Positions 15,201 to 28,297 of a stretch of DNA of 64,000 nt are shown here, piece after piece. This DNA is from the human T2T-CHM13v2.0 reference genome, Homo sapiens. The notes under the pieces were generated by a model that was not told where the DNA came from, searched no databases, and worked only from the letters and a program-made list of their open reading frames with translations. The first letter of the stretch is position 1, and the number at the start of each line of letters is the position of its first letter. Location: assembly GCF_009914755.1 (NCBI RefSeq), contig NC_060940.1; one strand, written 5' to 3'. Position numbers and translations under genes: made by a program.

Positions 15201-18200
15201 TCCATTCCATTCAATGATTCCATTCGAATCTATTCCATGATGATTCCTTTCGATTCCATTCGCTGATGTTTCCGTTCAATTCCATTCGATGATGATTCCA
15301 TTCGATTCCATTCATTGAGGATTCCATTTGATTCCATTCAATGATGATTCCATTCTATTCCATTCAATGATTGCATTCAATTCCATTCAATGATTATCCC
15401 ATTAGAGTAAACTCAACGATTCCATTCAATACCATTCGATGATGATTCCTTTTGAGTCCATTCAATGATTTCATTCAAGTCCATTTGATGATTCCTTTCA
15501 ATTCCATTCTATGATGATTCCATTCGAGTCCATTCGATGATTCCATTCGATTGCATTCGATGATTCCATTATATTCCATTCAACGGTGATTCCATTCGAG
15601 TCCATTCCATGATTCCATTAGAGTACATTTAATGATTGCTTTGTTTTCAATTCGAAGATGATTACATTGGATTCCATTCTATGATACCATTCGATTCCAT
15701 TCAATGATGATTCCACTCAAATCCATTGGATGATTCCATTCGTGTCCATTCGGTGATTTCATTAGATTCCATTCGAGGATGATTCCATTCGATTCCATTC
15801 GATGATTCCATTCAATTCCATTCGATGATGATTCCATTCCAGTCCATATGATCATTCCATTTGATTTCATTCGATGATGATTCCATTCGATTCCATTCGA
15901 CGATTCCATTCTATTCCATTCGATGATGATTCTATTCGAGTCCATTCGATCATTCCATTCGAGTCCATTTAATGATTCCATTGGGTTCAATTCAATGATG
16001 ATTACATTGGATTCCGTTCTATGATTCCATTCAATTCCGTTCATTGACAATTTGGTTCCATTCGATGATGATTCCATTTGAGTTCATTCGATGATTCTAT
16101 TCGATTCTCTTCGATGGTGATTCAATTCTATTATATTGGATGATTCCATTCGATTCCATTTGATGTTGATTCAATTCGATTCTATTCGATGATGATTCCA
16201 TTGGATTTCACTTGATGATTCTATTCGATTCCATTCAATGATGATTCACTTCTCGTCCATTGGATGATTCCATTTCATTCCATTCGATGATGATTCCATT
16301 CGATTCCATTCGATGATTCCATTTGATTCCATGCGACGGTGAGCTATTCGATTCAATTCCATGATGATTCTATTTGATTCAATTAGATGATGTTTCCATT
16401 CGAATCCATTCCATGATTATTCCATTGGAATCCATTCGGCGATGATTCCATATGAGTCAATTCAATGATGATTCCATATGGGTCCGTTCGATGATAATTC
16501 CATTTGATTTCATTCGATGCTTCTATTCTATTCCAGTCGATGATGATTCCGTTGGAGTCCATACGATGATTCCATTTGATTTCATTTGATGATGATTCCA
16601 TTCGATGATGATTACATTGGATTCCATTCTATGATTCCATTCAATTCCATTCGTTGATGATTCGATTCCATTCAATGATGATTCCATTTGAGTTCATTCG
16701 ATGATTCTATTCGATTCCGTTCGATGGTGATTCAATTCTATTATATTGGATGATTCCAGTCGATTCCATTTGATGATTATTCCATTGGAGTCCACTTAGT
16801 GAATCCTTTAGATTCTACTCGACGATGATTCCATTCGAGTCCATTCGATGATACCATTCAATTCCATTCGTTGATGCTTCCATTCAAGTGCATTCGATGA
16901 TATCAGTCGATTCCATTTGATGATAATTCCATTTGATTCCATGCGATGATTCTATTCGATTCCATTCAATGATAATTCCATTCAATTCAGTGATTCCTCT
17001 GGACTCCATTTGATGATGATTCCATTCAATGATTCCATTCGATTCTATTCGAAAATGATTCCATTTGAATCCATTTGATGATGATTCCATTAGATTCCAT
17101 TTGATGATTCCATTCGATTCCATTCGACGATGATTCCATTCGATTCCGTTTGATGATTCCATTCTATTCTATTCGATGATAATTCCATTCGATTCCATTC
17201 GATGATGATTGGATTCGATTCCATTTGATGATTTCATTTGATTCCATTCGTTAATGATTTCGATCAATTCCATTCGATGATTCCATTCGATTCCATTCGA
17301 TAATGATTACATCCGAGTCCATTCGATGATTCCATTGGAGCCTGTTCGATAATTCCATTTGAGTCCAACCAATGATTCCATTCATTTCCATTCAATGATT
17401 CCATTCGAGTCCATTTGATCATTCCGGTAGGGTCCATTCGATGTTGATTCCATTGGAGTGCATTCGATGATTCCATTCGAGTCCATTTTAGGATTTGATT
17501 CGAGTCCTTTCTATGATTCCATTCGATTCCACTCGATGATGATTTCATTCGAGTCCATTCGACACTTCCAATCGATTCCATTTGATGATTCCATTCGAGT
17601 CCAATTGATGATTCCATTCAATTCCATTCGATGATGTTTCCGTACGATTCCATTCTGTGATGATTCCATGTGATTGCATTCAATGATGATTCCTTTCGAT
17701 TGCATTCGATTATGATTCATTTCGTGTTCATTCTATGGTTCCACAGGTTTCCATTCGTGTCCATTCCATTATTCCATTCTATTCCATTTGATGATGATTC
17801 CATTCGATTCCATTCATTGGTGATTCCACTCAATTCCATTCAATGATTCCATTCCATTTCTTTCAACAATGATTCCATTAGTTTCTAATCGATGATCCAC
17901 TTGATTCCATTTGACGACGATTCCATTCTTGTCCATTCGATGATTCCATTTGATTCCATATGATGATGATTCCATTCGATTCCATACCATGATGATTCCA
18001 TTCGAGTCCATTCAATGGTGATTCCATTCAATTCCATTCGATGATTCCTTTTGATTCCATTCGATGATGATGGCATTCGATTCCTTTCAATCATTCCCTT
18101 TGATTCCATTCAAAGGTGATTTCATTCAAGTCCATTCGATAATTGCATTCGATTCCATTCTATGATGATTCCATTCGAGTCCATTTGATGATTCCATTCA

Positions 18201-18336
18201 ATTCAAGTCAATGATGATTCCATTCGATTCCATTCGATGATTCCATTGGATTCCATTCGATGATGATTCCATTCAAATACATTCGATAATTCAATTCAAG
18301 TCCATTCGATGATGATTCCAATCGAATCCATTCAAA
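12225..18336 (+). repeat. Macro-repeat unit U3, full length 6,112 bp
   Basis: Anchor at 12333 and 18445. Confidence 0.95.
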
Positions 18337-21300
18337 GATTCCATTCAGTTCCATTCGATGATTCCCTTAGATTCCATTCGATGATTCCACTTGATTGCAT
18401 TTACGATGATTCCATTCGATTCCATGTGATGATTCCATTCAATTCTATTCAATGATGTCTCCATTTGATTCCATTCGACCATGATTGCCTTTGATTCCAT
18501 TCAATGATTCCATTCGGTTCCGTTTGATGATGATTCCGTTCGATTCCATTTGATGATTCCATTTGATTCCATTGGATGAGTCCATTCGATTACATTCGAT
18601 GATTATTCCATTCGAGTGCATTAGATGATTCCATTCGAGTCCATTCGATGATTCCATTCGATTCCATTCGATGTTGATTCTGTTCAAATCCATTCGATGA
18701 TTCCACTCGATTCCATTCGTTGACTCCATTTGATCCCATTCGATGATTTCCTTTGATTCCCTTTGATGATCATTCCATTTGATTCAATTCGGTGATTTCA
18801 TTTGATTCCATTCAGTGATGTTTCCATTCGACTCCATTCGATGATGATTCCATTCGACTCCATTCGATTATGATTTCATTCAATTCCATTCGATAATGAT
18901 TCCCTTCGAGTCCATTCGATGATTCCATTCGATTCCATTCAACGATGATTTGATTCGTGTCCATTCGATGATTCCATTTGATTCCACTTGATGATGATTC
19001 CATTCGAGTCCATTTGATGATTCCATTCAATTCCATACTCCGATGATTTCTTTTGAGCCCACTCAATGCTTCCACTCGATTCCATATGATGATGACTCCA
19101 TTCGATGAAATTCGATGATGATTCCATTCGCTTGCTTTCGATGATGATTCCACTTGAGTCCGTTAGAAGATTCTATTCAATTACATTCCATGACGATTCC
19201 GTTCGAGTCCATTTGATGATTCCATTAGACTCCATTCGACGATGATTCCATTCGATGTTATTCGATGATTCCATTCGATCTCATTCGATGATGATTCCAT
19301 TCAACTCCATTCGATGTTTCCATTCGAGTTCATTCTATTATTCCATTAGATTCCATTCGATGATGATTCCATTCGATTCCATTTGATGATTGCATTCTAT
19401 TTCATTTGATGATGATTCCATTCGAGTCCACTCGATGATTCCATTCGAGTCCATTTAATGAATCCATTGGTTTCAATTCTATGATGATTACATTGGATTC
19501 CATTCGTTGATGATTTCATTCGGTTCCATTCAATGATGATTCCATTCAATTCCTTTCAATGTTTCCATTCAATTCCATACGATGATGATTCCATTTGATT
19601 TGATTCGACAGTGAGCCATTCGATTCAATTGCATGATGATTCTATTTGATTCAATTGGTTGACATTTCCATTCGATTCCATTCGATGATGATTCCCTTTG
19701 ATTCCGTTCAAAGATGATTCCATTCTAGCCCATTCAATCATTCCATTCGATTCTATTCAATGATGATTCCATTCATGTCGATTTGGTGATTCCATTTGAC
19801 TTCATTTGATGATGATTCCTTTCAAGTTCATTAGATGATTCCATTCGATTCCATTTGATGATGATCCCATTCGAGTCCATTCAGTGATTCCATTCGTTTC
19901 CATTCCATGATGATTCCATTCCTTTCCATTCAATGATTCCATTCGATTCCGTTTGATGATGATTTCATTCGAGTCCATTTGATGATTCCATTTGATTCCA
20001 TTCGATGATGATTCCATTCGAGTCCATTCGATGATTCTATTCGAATCCATTTGATGATTTCTTTTGATTATATTTGGTGATGATTCCATTGGATTCCATT
20101 CAATGATTCCATTCTATTCCAATCGATGATGATTCCATTAGAGTCCATTTAATGATTCCATTTGATTCCAGTCTCTGATGATTACATTCGAGTCCATACG
20201 ATGATTCCACTCAATTCCATATGATGATGATTCCATTTGATTCCATTCGGTGATTCCATTCTATTCTATTCAATGGTGATTCCATTCGAGTACATTAGAT
20301 GATTCCATTCGATTCCATTCAATGATGATTCTATTTGTGTCCCTTAGATGATTCCACATGATTCTATTAGATGATGATACTATTTGAGCCCATCCAATGA
20401 TTCCCTTCGATTCCATTCGATGAGGATTCCATTCGATTCAATTCATTGGTGATTCTATTCAATTCAATTCTTTGATTCCATTCCATTCCATTCGACAATG
20501 ATTCCATTCGATTTCTTTCGATGATTCCACTCGATTCCACTTGACATTGATTCCATTCGATTCCATTCAATGATTCCATTTGATTCCAGTGGATGATGAT
20601 TGCCATCGATTCCATTCGATCACTCCATTCTATTCCATTTGATGATGATTACATTCGATTCCATTTGATGATTCCATCTGATTCTATTCGAGGATTCCAT
20701 TTGATTCCATTCGATGATGATTCCATTCGAGTCCATTCGATGATTTCATTCGAGTACATCCAATGATTCCATTCGAGTCCATTAGATGATTCCATTTGAT
20801 TCCATTTGAAAATGATTCTACTAGAGTCCATTCAATGACTCCATTCGAGTCCATTCAACAATTCCATTCGACTCCATTCGATGATTCCATTCGATTCCAT
20901 TTGATGGTTCCATTCGAGTCCATTTAATCATTACAGTCGAGTCCATTTGGTGATTCCACTGGATTTCTTTTGATAATGATACCATTCAATTACATTTGAT
21001 GATGATCCCATTCAATTTCATTTGATGATGATTCCATTAGAGTCCATTCGATGATTTCATTCGAGTCCCTTCATTGATTCCATCCGATTTCATTGGATGA
21101 TGACTCCATTCGAGTCCATTCGATGATTCCACTCGATTCCATTAGATGACTCCATTGGAGTCCATTTGATTGTTCCATTCGATTCCATTCGATTCCTTTC
21201 GAAGATTATTCCATTTGAGTCCATTCGATGATGATTCCATTCCATTCCATTCGATGATTCCGTTTGATTCCATTCGATGATTCCCTTCGATTCCTTTCTT

Positions 21301-24300
21301 TGATGATTCCATTCCATTCCATTCAATGATTCCATTCGAATCTATTCCATGATGATTCCTTTCGATTCCATTCGCTGATGTTTCCGTTCAATTCCATTCG
21401 ATGATGATTCCATTCGATTCCATTCATTGAGGATTCCATTTGATTCCATTCAATGATGATTCCATTCTATTCCATTCAATGATTGCATTCAATTCCATTC
21501 AATGATTATCCCATTAGAGTAAACTCAACGATTCCATTCAATACCATTCGATGATGATTCCTTTTGAGTCCATTCAATGATTTCATTCAAGTCCATTTGA
21601 TGATTCCTTTGAATTCCATTCTATGATGATTCCATTCGAGTCCATTCGATGATTCCATTCGATTGCATTCGATGATTCCATTATATTCCATTCAACGGTG
21701 ATTCCATTCGAGTCCATTCCATGATTCCATTAGAGTACATTTAATGATTGCTTTGTTTTCAATTCGAAGATGATTACATTGGATTCCATTCTATGATACC
21801 ATTCGATTCCATTCAATGATGATTCCACTCAAATCCATTGGATGATTCCATTCGTGTCCATTCGGTGATTTCATTAGATTCCATTCGAGGATGATTCCAT
21901 TCGATTCCATTCGATGATTCCATTCAATTCCATTCGATGATGATTCCATTCCAGTCCATATGATCATTCCATTTGATTTCATTCGATGATGATTCCATTC
22001 GATTCCATTCGACGATTCCATTCTATTCCATTCGATGATGATTCTATTCGAGTCCATTCGATCATTCCATTCGAGTCCATTTAATGATTCCATTGGGTTC
22101 AATTCAATGATGATTACATTGGATTCCGTTCTATGATTCCATTCAATTCCGTTCATTGACAATTTGGTTCCATTCGATGATGATTCCATTTGAGTTCATT
22201 CGATGATTCTATTCGATTCTCTTCGATGGTGATTCAATTCTATTATATTGGATGATTCCATTCGATTCCATTTGATGTTGATTCAATTCGATTCTATTCG
22301 ATGATGATTCCATTGGATTTCACTTGATGATTCTATTCGATTCCATTCAATGATGATTCACTTCTCGTCCATTGGATGATTCCATTTCATTCCATTCGAT
22401 GATGATTCCATTCGATTCCATTCGATGATTCCATTTGATTCCATGCGACGGTGAGCTATTCGATTCAATTCCATGATGATTCTATTTGATTCAATTAGAT
22501 GATGTTTCCATTCGAATCCATTCCATGATTATTCCATTGGAATCCATTCGGCGATGATTCCATATGAGTCAATTCAATGATGATTCCATATGGGTCCGTT
22601 CGATGATAATTCCATTTGATTTCATTCGATGCTTCTATTCTATTCCAGTCGATGATGATTCCGTTGGAGTCCATACGATGATTCCATTTGATTTCATTTG
22701 ATGATGATTCCATTCGATGATGATTACATTGGATTCCATTCTATGATTCCATTCAATTCCATTCGTTGATGATTCGATTCCATTCAATGATGATTCCATT
22801 TGAGTTCATTCGATGATTCTATTCGATTCCGTTCGATGGTGATTCAATTCTATTATATTGGATGATTCCAGTCGATTCCATTTGATGATTATTCCATTGG
22901 AGTCCACTTAGTGAATCCTTTAGATTCTACTCGACGATGATTCCATTCGAGTCCATTCGATGATACCATTCAATTCCATTCGTTGATGCTTCCATTCAAG
23001 TGCATTCGATGATATCAGTCGATTCCATTTGATGATAATTCCATTTGATTCCATGCGATGATTCTATTCGATTCCATTCAATGATAATTCCATTCAATTC
23101 AGTGATTCCTCTGGACTCCATTTGATGATGATTCCATTCAATGATTCCATTCGATTCTATTCGAAAATGATTCCATTTGAATCCATTTGATGATGATTCC
23201 ATTAGATTCCATTTGATGATTCCATTCGATTCCATTCGACGATGATTCCATTCGATTCCGTTTGATGATTCCATTCTATTCTATTCGATGATGATTCCAT
23301 TCGATTCCATTCGATGATGATTGGATTCGATTCCATTTGATGATTTCATTTGATTCCATTCGTTAATGATTTCGATCAATTCCATTCGATGATTCCATTC
23401 GATTCCATTCGATAATGATTACATCCGAGTCCATTCGATGATTCCATTGGAGCCTGTTCGATAATTCCATTTGAGTCCAACCAATGATTCCATTCATTTC
23501 CATTCAATGATTCCATTCGAGTCCATTTGATCATTCCGGTAGGGTCCATTCGATGTTGATTCCATTGGAGTGCATTCGATGATTCCATTCGAGTCCATTT
23601 TAGGATTTGATTCGAGTCCTTTCTATGATTCCATTCGATTCCACTCGATGATGATTTCATTCGAGTCCATTCGACACTTCCAATCGATTCCATTTGATGA
23701 TTCCATTCGAGTCCAATTGATGATTCCATTCAATTCCATTCGATGATGTTTCCGTACGATTCCATTCTGTGATGATTCCATGTGATTGCATTCAATGATG
23801 ATTCCTTTCGATTGCATTCGATTATGATTCATTTCGTGTTCATTCTATGGTTCCACAGGTTTCCATTCGTGTCCATTCCATTATTCCATTCTATTCCATT
23901 TGATGATGATTCCATTCGATTCCATTCATTGGTGATTCCACTCAATTCCATTCAATGATTCCATTCCATTTCTTTCAACAATGATTCCATTAGTTTCTAA
24001 TCGATGATCCACTTGATTCCATTTGACGACGATTCCATTCTTGTCCATTCGATGATTCCATTTGATTCCATATGATGATGATTCCATTCGATTCCATACC
24101 ATGATGATTCCATTCGAGTCCATTCAATGGTGATTCCATTCAATTCCATTCGATGATTCCTTTTGATTCCATTCGATGATGATGGCATTCGATTCCTTTC
24201 AATCATTCCCTTTGATTCCATTCAAAGGTGATTTCATTCAAGTCCATTCGATAATTGCATTCGATTCCATTCTATGATGATTCCATTCGAGTCCATTTGA

Positions 24301-24448
24301 TGATTCCATTCAATTCAAGTCAATGATGATTCCATTCGATTCCATTCGATGATTCCATTGGATTCCATTCGATGATGATTCCATTCAAATCCATTCGATA
24401 ATTCAATTCAAGTCCATTCGATGATGATTCCAATCGAATCCATTCAAA
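18337..24448 (+). repeat. Macro-repeat unit U4, full length 6,112 bp
   Basis: Anchor at 18445 and 24557. Carries a private GAATTC at 21611. Confidence 0.95.
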
Positions 24449-27400
24449 GATTCCATTCAGTTCCATTCGATGATTCCCTTAGATTCCATTCGATGATTCC
24501 ACTTGATTGCATTTACGATGATTCCATTCGATTCCATGTGATGATTCCATTCAATTCTATTCAATGATGTCTCCATTTGATTCCATTCGACCATGATTGC
24601 CTTTGATTCCATTCAATGATTCCATTCGGTTCCGTTTGATGATGATTCCGTTCGATTCCATTTGATGATTCCATTTGATTCCATTGGATGAGTCCATTCG
24701 ATTACATTCGATGATTATTCCATTCGAGTGCATTAGATGATTCCATTCGAGTCCATTCGATGATTCCATTCGATTCCATTCGATGTTGATTCTGTTCAAA
24801 TCCATTCGATGATTCCACTCGATTCCATTCGTTGACTCCATTTGATCCCATTCGATGATTTCCTTTGATTCCCTTTGATGATCATTCCATTTGATTCAAT
24901 TCGGTGATTTCATTTGATTCCATTCAGTGATGTTTCCATTCGACTCCATTCGATGATGATTCCATTCGACTCCATTCGATTATGATTTCATTCAATTCCA
25001 TTCGATAATGATTCCCTTCGAGTCCATTCGATGATTCCATTCGATTCCATTCAACGATGATTTGATTCGTGTCCATTCGATGATTCCATTTGATTCCACT
25101 TGATGATGATTCCATTCGAGTCCATTTGATGATTCCATTCAATTCCATACTCCGATGATTTCTTTTGAGCCCACTCAATGCTTCCACTCGATTCCATATG
25201 ATGATGACTCCATTCGATGAAATTCGATGATGATTCCATTCGCTTGCTTTCGATGATGATTCCACTTGAGTCCGTTAGAAGATTCTATTCAATTACATTC
25301 CATGACGATTCCGTTCGAGTCCATTTGATGATTCCATTAGACTCCATTCGACGATGATTCCATTCGATGTTATTCGATGATTCCATTCGATCTCATTCGA
25401 TGATGATTCCATTCAACTCCATTCGATGTTTCCATTCGAGTTCATTCTATTATTCCATTAGATTCCATTCGATGATGATTCCATTCGATTCCATTTGATG
25501 ATTGCATTCTATTTCATTTGATGATGATTCCATTCGAGTCCACTCGATGATTCCATTCGAGTCCATTCGATGATTCCATTAGAGTACATTTAATGATTGC
25601 TTTGTTTTCAATTCGAAGATGATTACATTGGATTCCATTCTATGATACCATTCGGTTCCATTCAATGATGATTCCACTCAAATCCATTGGATGATTCCAT
25701 TCGTGTCCATTCGGTGATTTCATTAGATTCCATTCGAGGATGATTCCATTCGATTCCATTCGATGATTCCATTGAATTCCATTCGATGATGATTCCATTT
25801 CAGTCCATAGGATCATTCCATTTGATTTCATTCGATGATGATTCCATTCGATTCCATTCGATGATTCCATTCTATTCCATTCGATGATGATTCCATTCGA
25901 TTCCATTCGATGATTCCATTCGAGTCCATTTAATGATTCCATTGGGTTCAATTCAATGATGATTACATTGGATTCCGTTCTATGATTCCATTCAATTCCG
26001 TTCATTGACAATTTGATTCCATTCGATGATGATTCCATTTGAGTTCATTCGATGATTCTATTCGATTCTCTTCGATGGTGATTCAATTCTATTATATTGG
26101 ATGATTCCATTCGATTCCATTTGATGTTGATTCAATTCGATTCTATTCGATGATGATTCCATTGGATTTCACTTGATGATTCTATTCGATTCCATTCAAT
26201 GATGATTCACTTCTCGTCCATTGGATGATTCCATTTCATTCCATTCGATGATGATTCCATTCGATTCCATTCGATGATTCCATTTGATTCCATGCGACGG
26301 TGAGCAATTCGATTCAATTCCATGATGATTCTATTTGATTCAATTAGATGATGTTTCCATTCGAATCCATTCCATGATTATTCCACTGGAATCCATTCGG
26401 CGATGATTCCATATGAGTCAATTCAATGATGATTCCATATGGGTCCGTTCGATGATAATTCCATTTGATTTCATTCGATGCTTCTATTCTATTCCAGTCG
26501 ATGATGATTCCGTTGGAGTCCATACGATGATTCCATTTGATTTCATTTGATGATGATTCCATTCGATGATGATTACATTGGATTCCATTCTATGATTCCA
26601 TTCAATTCCATTCGTTGATGATTCGATTCCATTCAATGATGATTCCATTTGAGTTCATTCGATGATTCTATTCGATTCCGTTCGATGGTGATTCAATTCT
26701 ATTATATTGGATGATTCCAGTCGATTCCATTTTATGATTATTCCATTGGAGTCCACTTAGTGAATCCTTTAGATTCTACTCGACGATGATTCCATTCGAG
26801 TCCATTCGATGATACCATTCAATTCCATTCGTTGATGCTTCCATTCAAGTGCATTCGATGATATCATTCGATTCCATTTGATGATAATTCCATTTGATTC
26901 CATGCGATGATTCTATTCGATTCCATTCAATGATAATTCCATTCAATTCAGTGATTCCTCTGGACTCCATTTGATGATGATTCCATTCAATGATTCCATT
27001 CGATTCTATTCGAAAATGATTCCATTTGAATCCATTTGATGATGATTCCATTAGATTCCATTTGATGATTCCATTCGATTCCATTCGATGATGATTCCAT
27101 TCGATTCCGTTTGATGATTCCATTCTATTCTATTCGATGATGATTCCATTCGATTCCATTCGATGATGATTGGATTCGATTCCATTTGATGATTTCATTT
27201 GATTCCATTCGTTAAGGATTTCGATCAATTCCATTCGATGATTCCATTCGATTCCATTGGATAATGATTACATCCGAGTCCATTCGATGATTCCATTTGA
27301 GCCTGTTCGATAATTCCATTTGAGTCCAACCAATGATTCCATTCATTTCCATTCAATGATTCCATTCGAGTCCATTTGATCATTCCGGTAGGGTCCATTC

Positions 27401-28297
27401 GATGTTGATTCCATTGGAGTGCATTCGATGATTCCATTCGAGTCCATTTTAGGATTTGATTCGAGTCCTTTCGATGATTCCATTCGATTCCACTCGATGA
27501 TGATTTCATTTGAGTCCATTCGACACTTCCAATCGATTCCATTTGATGATTCCATTCGAGTCCAATTGATGATTCCATTCAATTCCATTCGATGATGATT
27601 CCGTACGATTCCATTCTGTGATGATTCCATGTGATTGCATTCAATGATGATTCCTTTCGATTGCATTCGATTATGATTCATTTCGTGTTCATTCTATGGT
27701 TCCACAGGTTTCCATTCCTGTCCATTCCATTATTCCATTCTATTCCATTTGATGATGATTCCATTCGATTCCATTCATTGGTGATTCCACTCAATTCCAT
27801 TCAATGATTCCATTCCATTTCTTTCAACAATGATTCCATTAGTTTCTAATCGATGATCCACTTGATTCCATTTGACGACGATTCCATTCTTGTCCATTCG
27901 ATGATTCCATTTGATTCCATATGATGATGATTCCATTCGATTCCATACCATGATGATTCCATTCGAGTCCATTCAATGGTGATTCCATTCAATTCCATTC
28001 GATGATTCCTTTCGATTCCATTCGATGATGATGGCATTCGATTCCTTTCAATCATTCCCTTTGATTCCATTCAAAGGTGATTTCATTCAAGTCCATTCGA
28101 TAATTGCATTCGATTCCATTCTATGATGATTCCATTCGAGTCCATTTGATGATTCCATTCAATTCAAGTCAATGATGATTCCATTCGATTCCATTCGATG
28201 ATTCCATTGGATTCCATTCGATGATGATTCCATTCAAATCCATTCGATAATTCAATTCAAGTCCATTTGATGATGATTCCAATCGAATCCATTCAAA
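24449..28297 (+). repeat. Short unit U5, 3,849 bp (2,263-bp internal deletion)
   Basis: Anchor at 24557 and 28406. At 25548-25567 the sequence jumps from unit position ~1119 to ~3383. Confidence 0.95.
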
